64,000 bases of DNA from Balanoglossus misakiensis (Eukaryota > Animalia > Hemichordata): the NCBI GenBank assembly GCA_040954595.2, contig CM082577.2, positions 9,759,846 to 9,823,845 of the forward strand. Direction: 5' to 3'. Made by a program: the position numbers and the translations under genes. Shown here piece by piece: positions 1-11,300 of this stretch. The notes beneath the pieces were generated by a model. The model saw only the letters and a program-made list of their open reading frames with translations, had not been told where the DNA came from and searched no databases. Within the stretch, counting starts at the first letter, position 1. Each line of letters starts with the position of its first letter.

Positions 1-830
1 TATATTTGGTCGGCGGTGGCTGTTTGAACTTGGCCTTTTAACTTGGACAGTCACTTGACATCTGACCTACTGGACAATAACAATGTCACTGGCGGTCATA
101 CAGGATGAAATCTGAAACCCCAAACAAAAACAATCCGCCAAATACCACGTACACCACTGTCGGTCAACGCACCTTACATTCAATTCAAGCCAAAGGAAAT
201 GTCCGTCAAATGCAGTGCATACAAACACTTCCCACGACGCTGTACGACTCGACTCACTAAATACCTGGGGACGCTGTGGCCAATCCAACACAGAATCCCC
301 ATTTGGCAATCAAACACTTGTAAACTTCACACCCATTGTCCAGTTGAAACTTCCAATGCTTTTAATGACCCCATAAACCGCAGTTAACTTATTAAAACGA
401 TCCCATGACCTCTGGCACACTTCTGTACCTCCCCACAGTTGGAATGGTTGATGATGTTATGATTAAATTTAAAACTGTCCGTAATTTTTTTGAAGAGTGA
501 AATTCTGATGTCTGCACTGCTAAAATACCCCGGTATTTTATTCTTCTGTCTGTTCCTGTGAGTTTAGCGTAATCAGGATGAGGCTTCTTTAGAACTCCCA
601 CCGTTCAAGGAGAGTAATGGCGCACGATACTCACCTGGCCACGCAACGGTAAAATGTGACGCGTAGTCCATGAGTGTGTTTATATTTTTAACTACACGTA
701 TGCAGGCAATAATGGGTCTATATTGGGATGCGAGTGCTTGACCTTTGTCTGAGAGCCGTCGCGAGCTCATCAAATGACACTGCAGATGTCGACATCTTGT
801 TTCACATTCGTTCCCCTTTTGACTGTGGTA

Positions 831-1105
831 TTAAAGGGACAAAGTCTCTCGCTGCCCTTTTTCATTAACTATGTTAATTGTTTGATAAGACACCATTTAT
901 GTTATTCTACATGTGGGTATATAGTGAATCAACGTTCAACCACGCACAAATTCCATCCAGCTTGTATGATGAGAATAAAAACTCGCCCAAAATTAATAAA
1001 TTGGTGGAGACCGATCATTCATTTCGGTGAGTTTTTTTTCACTTGTCTTTTATCAAACATAATTAATGGAAAAAGGGCAGCGAGAGAGAGACTTTGTCCC
1101 TTTAA
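831..1105. mobile_element. Non-autonomous TIR element with TTAA TSD (Kolobok-like MITE)
   Basis: TTAA|AGGGACAAAGTCTCTCGCTGCCCTTTTTCATTAA ... TTAATGGAAAAAGGGCAGCGAGAGAGAGACTTTGTCCCT|TTAA; a second copy of the left end lies at 52505. Confidence 0.8.
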
Positions 1106-1385
1106 AACCCTAATCAAAATTGAAAACCACAATCTACTGCACACTCGCACAGTGCCCGTTCCGTGTCACCTTACTGTACCTACAAATTTGGATTTGGGTA
1201 TCCAGTTTCCCCTAGCAATAACAACACACAGCTGCGGTACTGTAGCTCAAGGTTTTTGCCTGGTATAATAATTGTGCGTGGATCAGCGAACCTGATCCCC
1301 ACCCGTCAGCGTAGAATACCAGGCAGAACCTCGAGCTTCAGTATTGCAGATAAGTAAAGTATGGTAAAGGCAAAAGTCAACTCAC

Positions 1386-1451
1386 GTTTTCGTCCAGGGC
1401 ATAATTCAGATCTCCACTTTCGTAGAAGACAAAAAACCGCCGTTGCCATTT
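1386..1451 (-). CDS. MPRIP: MPRIP-like exon 3 (PH domain)
   Basis: TTTACAG|AAATGG acceptor; KWQRRFFVFYESGDLNYALDEN; AAC|GTGAGT donor; 66 nt. Confidence 0.9.
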
Positions 1452-2532
1452 CTGTAAACAACAAAATGAAATTCTTAATCATGCTTTTATTTGGCTCTGC
1501 TAAGTGCTATACAGGCGATTGAGTATTGGGGTGTCTGCTAAAAATAAATTAAATCGCTGTTATCTGTTCTCAATTGCTCTGACACCTGTTGAATATCTCG
1601 TTCAGTGTTGACACTTTCGCATCCACTATCTACATTTCTTATCAACGTTTTATAACACGGCTATCAATCAGCTGCGTCGAGACATTTATGAGAGTGTTGG
1701 TTCGACAGGAGGGGGGGACAGGCACTGGCCAAACTTGACTTCGTGCAAGAGGTCACTCACTTTAGTGTTAGTGTGTCACCACATAACTGTTACACTGTGT
1801 ACATTACGGTAAACACTGTCAGCATTTTCAATATGCCATATTGACATTTTGTGTAGTACCCCGATAATCTGACAATGGATCGGCGGTCGTTCACGGCTAC
1901 CTAATATCTCTATTGTCAGAGAACGGCTTCTGTTACAAATTTACAATGATTAAATCACGCGTAGGCAATAATTCGACGAGTGGTCCAAAGATATCGATCA
2001 GAGCGTTTTGCTATTTATTATCAGTGTCAGTCGATCGACGCGACACCGCGTTCTACACTTACCCGTAATCGGGACGATGGATTGTTCACGTCCAGTCCCG
2101 GTGCAACGAACAGATATCCACATATTATGACTTTCTTCGATTTCTGTGAATGAAAAAGACACACGCGCGTACAATTTAATTGCGGCTAATTGAATCGAAT
2201 GCAATCACTGCAACACGATCCCCGGACGGATAGTAGTCGATTTTCTCACGTTCGGAGTGGCGTGGCGTTGGGCGCGTCGTCCAAAAACCACTAGTGTGAC
2301 GATCACAAAACAAAACTTTGCAAGCTCGGTGATCTGATCACACACACCGGACTCACGAATCATACGTGCCGATTCCTACCTGATTGTCCCCGTCGTTGTC
2401 AAGCTGGTGAGCCTCCCGCGTCCTGAAGCAGTTCTGGCACTTTGCCTTGTTGAAGATGTTCGGCTGAAAGTTCTTACACGAGGAGACGGTGCTTTTCAAG
2501 TTCTGATCGGCTCGATCCGATCCGAAGCCCAT
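1386..2532 (-). CDS. MPRIP: MPRIP/TRIOBP/outspread-family protein, 5' part (3 coding exons; gene continues beyond left edge)
   Basis: Exons 2532-2380, 2143-2063 and 1451-1386 join in phase 0 to give MGFGSDRADQNLKSTVSSCKNFQPNIFNKAKCQNCFRTREAHQLDNDGDNQ|KSKKVIICGYLFVAPGLDVNNPSSRLR|KWQRRFFVFYESGDLNYALDEN. This matches the MPRIP/outspread N-terminal CxxFQxNIFNKxKCQNCF motif and the start of the first PH domain (KWQRRFF..YALDE). Confidence 0.9.
2063..2143 (-). CDS. MPRIP: MPRIP-like exon 2 (start of PH domain)
   Basis: CAG|AAA acceptor; KSKKVIICGYLFVAPGLDVNNPSSRLR; CGG|GTAAGT donor; 81 nt; reading frame not in the ORF track. Confidence 0.88.
2380..2532 (-). CDS. MPRIP: MPRIP-like exon 1
   Basis: ATG at 2532; encodes CKNFQPNIFNKAKCQNCF; donor CAG|GTAGGA, phase 0. 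Confidence 0.88.
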
Positions 2533-3505
2533 GCTGGCAAAGTGGTCTCGCGGTTTTGGTGTGTGCGTACCGTGCACCAAAATACTACACAACGCGCGCG
2601 TCCACGATCTGAAGTGCTCGTAGTTTCCGATATATATTCCTGTCTAGCTCCCAAGAGCGATAGCGGTAATTCCTTGTGCAGCAGTCATCATGCAAGAACT
2701 GACAAAAGCTCAATTTTGTCAATAATACACTGAGATACGCTGATCACACCACTCTACGGAACGTCAGCAACAGACGTAACTGGCAATGTACACACTTAAA
2801 TATGCAAATCAGTTTTTCCGCCTAATGATCAGCCATCTTGAGTGAAGCGGCCCTCATCAGTCTATAAACTTTCATAATCTGCATGCTGTTTGGTTATTTA
2901 TTCAAGGCAGTAAAGCGCAAACATATTTCAGAGCATATTTTGAACCTAAATTTTGGCGTAGCCCTGTACTAGAGGGAAGCAAAACAAGAAATGATTAGAA
3001 CTATTTTGTTTGTGAACACTATACACCCGAGTCATTGGGAGTGAATGGGTAAATTTGCATATGACCCCAAACAAGATAGAGGGCGATGTTGCTCTACCTT
3101 CGAGTGGAGTGGCACATTTGTCAGTACATTGTATCTGACTCACTCTTCCCGGCTATCCCTAATTGCATATGTTTGAGTGGTGTAATTTTAAGCGTTGTCA
3201 TTGGTGACGACTAACTGAAAGCTATAGACAGCGTCCTCCAGCATGCCATACTAATGGACGCACCAGATTGGCACTGACGGTTCTTGCTGTTCTGTCTTCT
3301 GCCTGCACCCAAATGTTAAGTGAGAGTAAATCGTATCCCTCACATGCACAACGTGAACAGGGATAGATCATGAGCCTGTAGCTTGGGCGGTTGCCAGAGA
3401 TTCAACGTGTCTTTTATTCAGTGTCACAGTGGCATGGATCCTCGACTTACTGTTAATGCCCGGATGGATGAACTGATTGATTAATCGTTTGGATGATTCC
3501 GGTGC

Positions 3506-3625
3506 ATTCATTCATTCATTCATTCATTCATTTAGTCAGTCAGTCAGTCATTTATTCAGTCAGTCAGTCAGTCAGTCAGTCAGTCATTCACTCACCCATC
3601 CATCCATCCATCCATCCACTCATTC
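3506..3625. repeat. Compound tetranucleotide microsatellite (TCAT/TCAG/CCAT)
   Basis: Read directly from sequence. Confidence 0.92.
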
Positions 3626-6600
3626 TTTCATCCTACCCATAATCAAAACCGATACTATCTGATCGGCACGGAGCGTGTCTGACATATGTCTGTATGATTT
3701 CTCGATAGATGGATGGATGGGTGAATATGAGTGGGTGGGTTGGTATATTAAACGATTAATTGAATGTGTACACATTGAAACACTTAAAAGCCTACCAGAT
3801 TTGATGACTTTGCTCAGGTTTACAGTTTACACCGTGCATTGCCACTGGTGATTTGTGTTTTGTATTCGGAGCAAAGAGTAATTTTCCGTAAAATCCACAT
3901 GCGTAATGACTGGGTTCTGTATACCGCACATTTCGACAATCTTATACCTCTTATAATTATCTCTTTGGTTTACACTATCCTGTTGTAAAGTAACGTTAAA
4001 ATGATCGTGTGTTGTATACGTGAAAGTAAGCTCTGAAAGTAAAATAAAATAAAGTAAACTTACAGGTTCACACATTTGTCATCTTCATTTATTATGGCGC
4101 TGGCGCTGTGGTTGTTGCAAGACGGTAAAGCGATTTCTGTGTTTTTATAATCTTTGTCATTGTTGCTTCGGGAAAATGATGTGAACTGAAATAATCTGGA
4201 AAGCTATGCTAAATCAGTTTATATGAATTAAAATGAATGCACCCGTGGATGCTTGTTCAAAATAATTTATGCTCTTTTAAAATTGTTATACCTACAGTTA
4301 TCAGCTATCACTGATGCCCCTAGTTATTTTCTGATATCCGACTTAATTCGCTTCTTCGTCGCAGGACAAGGAACCGTGTCCATTTTGTCGTTGGAGGCGC
4401 CTACTTTAGGACATCTCGACTTTCTAACCGGCTGTTATGAAATGCATCTCCTTGTAGGTTGGATTTCGTGAACATCAACATGTGCATCAACACGTGAGGG
4501 TACCCCGACTCTATTATTTTTCCCCCTCAATGTAAAAAATATCCGAAGTCTGCAATCTCCGGTTTATGTAAATTTTGTAGAATTGTCCGTGAAGTCTTAT
4601 TGGTTAACATAATAAGGGATGTATTAATTTGGATATCCAAAGCAATATAAAATTGAATTCAAAAATGTTCTTTTATTACTGGGCCTATAAACACAACGTA
4701 CCGTTCGCCAGCAAACGCTCATAATTTTTAGAGCGACAATCTCGGGGACTTCATTGTGTACGCGACTAACCTTTGTCAACAAATTGAACTCCAACCTCAG
4801 CAAAAAAATAAGTCGCCATGGCAACGAACATGATGGCGAATTACGTTCACTGTATTCCCATGCATTTTAATATTTACCCATTTTAAGATCATTTTATTGG
4901 GAATACCGACAGCCAATACGCTATGTGTGCACTTATAATCATTTATTGTTCATTTGTTATGTTTTTCTTATAATTTCATAAATCTGTTTTAAACTGAGAT
5001 TAGGCCTAAGATATGCGTATATCTTCTGGCGGTTGCCGTTCTCGCAATTCTTCACTATTTCTCCTATTAAACGACCGCGTCCAGTCTTCGCCTCCCTTTT
5101 AAAGACACAGTGGTCCGTCCCTTGACAGGGGGATGAAGGCTGGCGCAGCGCGGCATAGAATATGAGCAGTCGGATAATTATCTTTGCCGCCGCCGCCGCC
5201 GCTGCCTAATACCTTCGCCATGACGTGCTGAAATTTTTATGTAGAGGAAGCAGAGAGAAACGCGAGAGGAAAGATGGGGGCAGAAAGACACGCGGATGGA
5301 CTTCAACCGAGTTCCGTGCCGCTAAAATCCAAGTAGGTATACTATGCCCGCATTTATGTACACAATGTGTGATGGTTCCATATACACACACACGGTGAAA
5401 ATCTTTTCATTGAAGTCGGACAGCTCGAGGCGTCGATAACGTGTTTTATTATATTCTCATATATGTGCCCAATCCCGGTGATCATGCGACAGAAGCGCGA
5501 TTTTTATACAATTCACCGCTCGAGTATTGTCATCATAGTCAATGTACGTATGCCGTGAAAATATTTCGCATCGCCGGTGATTTTTTTATAGTAATACAGC
5601 CGACGTCGACTGACATCATTTGCCGGCGCGATAATGACAGTGACAGCTCACAGACATGATTTGCACAACAACAGCGCTAGCGCTGGTTTCCAAGATGGGG
5701 GAAAACTCTCGATCCCCGTAGCAACAGTTACGTCCACGGGACAATTAAGTTTAACCAGCCACTGTTTATGATTAATCGCAATACCACACCGTTACCGTTA
5801 TAAACACAATTAGATTTATCACTGCTGACGAGCGTGGAACAAATGAACACAAAGACGATGATATATTTTAATACTGAACCATGAAGCGTGCGTGTGTGAA
5901 CACAGCCGGACGAGGATACGAAAAAAAATCAATTAATATAATTCCTTTTTCCCTATCAACCTGATTACTATTTTTGGAGTGTTCTATTCACCAGATTACC
6001 TCATTATTATCTCATGTCGGGGTCCGTCGCTGCAATGTTGTGTATCACTCACTTAAAACCCGAGAAGGGGCCATTTCCGGGGATTCCCCAAATTGCCTTG
6101 ATACTATTAAAGCTGTTTCCACGTACGCGATCTCTCTTGATCACCATGGAATTATTTCCCTTACGTCAGCACGCCCGTTATGTTTGGATCGGTCGATGCG
6201 ATGTGGCCGTAATACCGTCCAAAACAACCGCAAGCTCTCTTATGCTATCGTTATGCCGTTGCATCCGTTTTGCAGAAATGGTTGCGGGTTGATCGGACAT
6301 ACGAAGAAGCCATATACACGTGTAATATAATACTGCCTACCGCGAGATTGTGTATATGGTACTGCATAGATCAGGAGCGAGCGTTTTATGGCCTAAAAGC
6401 ACGGACCTTGGTTTTTTATCTCCCAATTCCTCCATTGCTAAAAATATCACTTGCGCTCACTCTTATCAGTAATTTACAAAAGTGATTCTTTTCTTATTCG
6501 TCCCTGAATTTTAATTTATTAGTAAATCATCCTTACTACAGAAATTCGCCGTAAAGCACAGATCGCAATCCCCGGCGTCCGCAATACACCACCAGACTGG

Positions 6601-7314
6601 GTCGATTTTATTTAACAGCGTTTTATTTTGCCGATTATAAATATGCAGACGACAGGCCTCGCCACTGAAAAGCTTGGAATGCGCTGCTTCAAATGATACC
6701 GTGTCGGTATCAGGCTCCTGTCGACTGACTGTAATGATTTACTCGTGGCTGAATGCTATACGCGTTCGTCACTAAAGTTAGTGTGGAAAAAACAGGTGTA
6801 AAGATGTCAGCATTTCCCCTCTTGTCATTCAATCGGAGTGAAAAAATCGAATGATCGCCTAATTATTGTCACGTAATTATAAATGATATTAAACATCACA
6901 ATTATCCGTAGATTTTATCGATCGATGTCTGCTTCTAATAGTATACTGAGTGCGTTTGTCTCGACGAGTGGAATAGATGTCGCGGCATTGTCTGATAACA
7001 TTGCAATTATTCATGAAATGTCAGCCTTGCTTGCAGGGTGTGCATCACCTCTAATTAGTTGAGACCGACCCTTAAACAACCACTGTACTGCTGTACTGCT
7101 TGCATGGCTATCATATCTGACAACGAATGCCGCAGTTTTTTTAAGCAAAGCGGACATAATACGGCTAGATACTAGACTACATGCAGAGGTGACGCAGTTG
7201 ATTTTTACATGTACAACGAGAAAATGATCACTGAGCGATGCATTATATGCGAAGGAGAGACGTTGCAATAATACGAACAATAATATGATCATTATATTTT
7301 ACGTAACAAAGACT

Positions 7315-7321
7315 ATCATCA

Positions 7322-7398
<77 letters not shown>
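7315..7398. repeat. (CAT)n microsatellite
   Basis: Long CAT run, which produces the poly-Met spurious ORF. Confidence 0.97.
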
Positions 7399-7399
<1 letters not shown>

Positions 7400-8139
7400 G
7401 GCCTTGTATGGTTAGGTACCGGGTTGTCACATAAACCGTAACAGAACGTCCTTCTCTCTGAAAGAGCCAACCGCACCTGCTGATATACATATCTTTTGAA
7501 GACAGCAAAATAACATTACTAACAATATATTCAGTGCGAAGCTGTCTGCTTTCGCGAGAAAGGGGCGTTCAGTTCTTATCTGGGGAGGGTGAGCCGCATT
7601 ATTTTCCGTGTGTTCAATTTGACTTCCCTACATGAACATGATCAACGCGTTAGATTTACAAAATAGTCTGTCCTATATACGTGTTCATCAAACCGATTGC
7701 AGTTGTGTCGCCAGAAAAATTAACGATTGTTTTATCCTCGTACGATTATCCGTATACTTCGGTAAAAATTGACTACGATAACCCTGGGGACGGAGCGCCT
7801 TTGTTTTGAACAATGGACGTAGGAATACGAGATTTGTGTATCTGTCGTAGAAATTCAAAATCAACCAGCAATTAATGACGGTATTCATATTGGCGTATTG
7901 ACATTATGAAATGGTGCCAATTAGGCCAATATACTGTCAGAATTCCCAGTGTCTACACTTTCACTTTCATTCAACATTATTAAAAAAAATAACGTCCGTA
8001 TTTCTTTCGGCGTACGACACACATATATAAGTAGTAGGCCTGAACATTGTCAAAAAGTCTGAATTGTTTTGAACTACACGTGAAAAAAGAGGACGGAAAG
8101 AAGAAGAAGAAGACTTTTTTGCGGAGTCTAGTCGGTACC

Positions 8140-8220
8140 TGACGCGTGACGTATGACGCGTTACTTTGTTTTCCCAGAAGCCCTAGCTCGTTGACCTTTA
8201 ACCGCAACAAGGTCACGTCA
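8140..8220 (+). promoter_or_regulatory. Cluster of CRE/ATF half-sites upstream of MMD exon 1
   Basis: TGACGCGTGACGTATGACG (three TGACG within 19 bp) plus GTCACGTCA, 80-160 bp before the ATG in a CpG-rich region. Confidence 0.45.
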
Positions 8221-8301
8221 TGTTTGTTGCATTGTCGTCGCTGGACTGAATCGAAACATCGACGGTCGATCGGCGGTTGCTTGCAGGAACTGCAGTTGAC
8301 G

Positions 8302-8381
8302 ATGTGCTGCTGCAGCGGTCAACAAACCGAGACATCGGAATCCTGCACCCTATTCGCGATCTATGAGAGAATCTGGATAAG
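8302..8381 (+). CDS. MMD: MMD exon 1 ([27 protein letters not shown])
   Basis: ATG at 8302 in a CpG-rich region; donor AG|GTAGAG in phase 2 completes the AGG (R) of R-F-M-N with exon 2. Confidence 0.7.
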
Positions 8382-11300
8382 GTAGAGTTGTGAAATTTGT
8401 CGGGTGGTTCCGTTCTGTTTGCTGATGATTTTCGGCACCGGTGTTCCCTTTCGCGTCGCTTCCTTGAGTTGGCCATCGAAGATACCTTGTAATGTGACAT
8501 TCGTTGTTTTGATGCAATGAAATCCCATCGTTTGACTCGATTCCATTTTAAATGGGGTCCCCGTCTCATTAATTTAGTTCTGTTATATGTTCCATATCAT
8601 CAATGCACGGGGATTCATGGCCGTGCGCCCGCGCCGCGTCGCATCATGTGCATGTCGAGTTTATTTAACGCAATGGCGTACACCCATTGTGATGGACCAA
8701 AATGAAGTTGAGACTGTGAAATTGAATAATCAATAAATCAACGGGTATTCCACGAACCGATCAAACAGTTTTACGGCCTGGTTTCACTAAACGGCTCGAT
8801 CCGTTCTGATGGTTTTATTATGATTAGAAACAAAGTCATCATCGCCGGGCCAACTCGAAGACAAAAGCACCGACTGTGTCAAGAATGGTTACGTAACCGA
8901 TTTCGTAAGAGTTCTTTGAGGCCACCGCGCCCCCTTTCTTGTGTTTCTCCGTTTCTATGATGACCGTGTTTGTAGTAAATAGAGTCGTTAATTACTCATA
9001 CCATGTCGGTAACCCTCAGTACATTTACTTCACTATAGTAGTATAGATGTATTGAGACGATCAAATGACATAATCGCATTCGTTGCCAAGTTTTTAACTT
9101 GCAATGACGATCGTCCGTCTTCACACGGTTTCATTCCCTCGAAAGATTTTCCTCGAAACTTCTTGCGCAATAGCTCTGCTAGGATTTCATTGCATTGCAT
9201 TGAAAAGTCAAGATGTCCAGGTTTTACATGTTCGTTTTTTTATTGTGTAACTGCACTGTTTGCTACTGAATCAGTGTAACTGTGTTCACTGATTTAGATC
9301 TTTAATCTTTCCCAGTCAAGTGCACTTGTTATTTCTCCAGAACTAATTCTTATAACTGGCATCTAGAATTAAGCACCAAATGCATGATGGTAATTTCACT
9401 ATTCCTCTTTCTCATTGTTAAATTTTTACATGTAAAAGTTGGCTGTAACATTTTTATTTTTCATTCCCACTTTTTTTTATAGCAAAAGTAGCATTCCAAT
9501 CTTGAAAACTAAATGCACTACTAGTATGTTCCCATGGTATTAGACTAGTTTCTGTACATTACTACATGTCTTTTCACATAAGCGAAAAAACATGTTCATG
9601 TAGTATAGAAACTAGACTACCATGGTATACATGTATGTTTGTTCCAAGCACAAAAGCCAATGGTGACTTAGTGAGTACTGGTTTCTGAAGATTGATTATT
9701 GGGCAAACTACACTGTTGTCAACTGAGCTAGAGTGTATCACAATGATATTCAGATAATATGTTTTGTGCACCACTGTAGAAAGTGCAGTCAAAAGGCAGG
9801 CAGTGGGCAGCATCAACTGTCATGCAAGTCAGACCACGTGTGGGTCTCTTTGGGTTAGAACTTAGCACAGTGTATAATTTCAGTTACCAGACACTGTCAC
9901 ATACATGGTGTGTGCAGGTGGAATTACTCCCAGTGGGGGCCGTTTCACCTGGGTTAAATTCTGCATAGCTGACACACAAACTGTCCTTTAAAAAATTACA
10001 ACAAGGGGGAGTAAAAAATTACAACAAGGGGGAGTGTGTGTCTGTTACCAAAGGTACATGTACAATTTTACTGTGGGACTGTGATTCATATCACTTGGGT
10101 TGATGAAACAGTTATGTAAACCCACTGCACAGATCTTAATATTATTTGCAAACAAAGAGGGCAAAATCAAAATTTAAACAAAAGACAAGAAAATGTGCTA
10201 TCACATTTGGTGGCTTTTGGTAAATATTTGAATGATTGTGCCTTAGAATCTTGGCATAAGATGAGAACTTTGTTGTACCTGTAAATGGGTTGATATGCTA
10301 CAGAACCAGTTTGATCTGATCAGATTCTATGTTTAATTAATTTGATAAGTTTGTGCAGTGAATGTGCGGTGCCAGAATCAGATACGTAAATGTGCAGTAA
10401 AGAGAAAGTATGGGTGCCATATGTTACCTGTTGTTATATTGCAGCATTTTGTTGTGTTATCAAACTGTCAGTAAAATATTATGAGCCACAGAATTATTGC
10501 ACATGGTGACACCATGCTGACGTGATAGTGTGACTATACTAAATATATTGTTTGTTCAGGAACCATTCTACCAGTTGAGTTGGTAGTTCCTGGTTGCATG
10601 TGTATTAAAATCAGAAAAAAATTTGGCACTCACCCCAACTTGCAGGTAGTGTTTCTAATTCTCGGTTCCACTTGTTGGATTGGATGTTTGATTTATCACA
10701 AAATAAATAAGATCAGTGGTTCCATTTTCATGAAAGCAGAAATTTCATAATAAAATTGAAATGTACTTGTCAGTTTTGGTTGTTTTGGGGGCTCTGGATG
10801 AGCAAAATTTATAAGTACTGGCATATTTTGCATTTGAACAAACAAATTTGATTCTCATAAATAATGTGGGGACAACAACCACAAACACAACAACATACAT
10901 ATACCATTGACCACTACATAATATTGTATATATTGAACACATTATATTTGATCCAACGATGACATCACATAAACATAATGATAATACAAATTAAAACATA
11001 TCACTGTTACCTCTTAAGAGAAGTAAACACTGTATTAAACAAGTCTGCCATATCCAAAAGGGGGTAATTTATCCCTCTTGTTTTAGAATTCCTTTTTGGA
11101 TTTGTTTCCCCCCCCCCCCCTTTCACCCCTGCTCCCCCTAGTGAAGTGTCACCTAAACCCAACCTAACCATAGAAATTAAGGATTGGCAGTGGACCAACT
11201 CATGATGAATCTGTAGGGGTGAAATTCATAACGCTGCGGGTGGTTCTCGTTAGTAAGATTACCTACCGAATGTTACCTGGGATCATTTTACCCGATTCAG

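Noticed and set aside
573-773. ORF with a strong CAG|GTGAGT donor at 634 on the - strand
   Set aside because: No similarity to the expected continuation of the MPRIP PH domain and phase 1 in the ATG frame; at most an unsupported alternative exon.
774-1268. 164-aa ORF spanning the TTAA element
   Set aside because: No transposase or other motif; chance ORF antisense to an MPRIP intron.
7243-7476. Poly-Met ORF
   Set aside because: Produced by the (CAT)n microsatellite.
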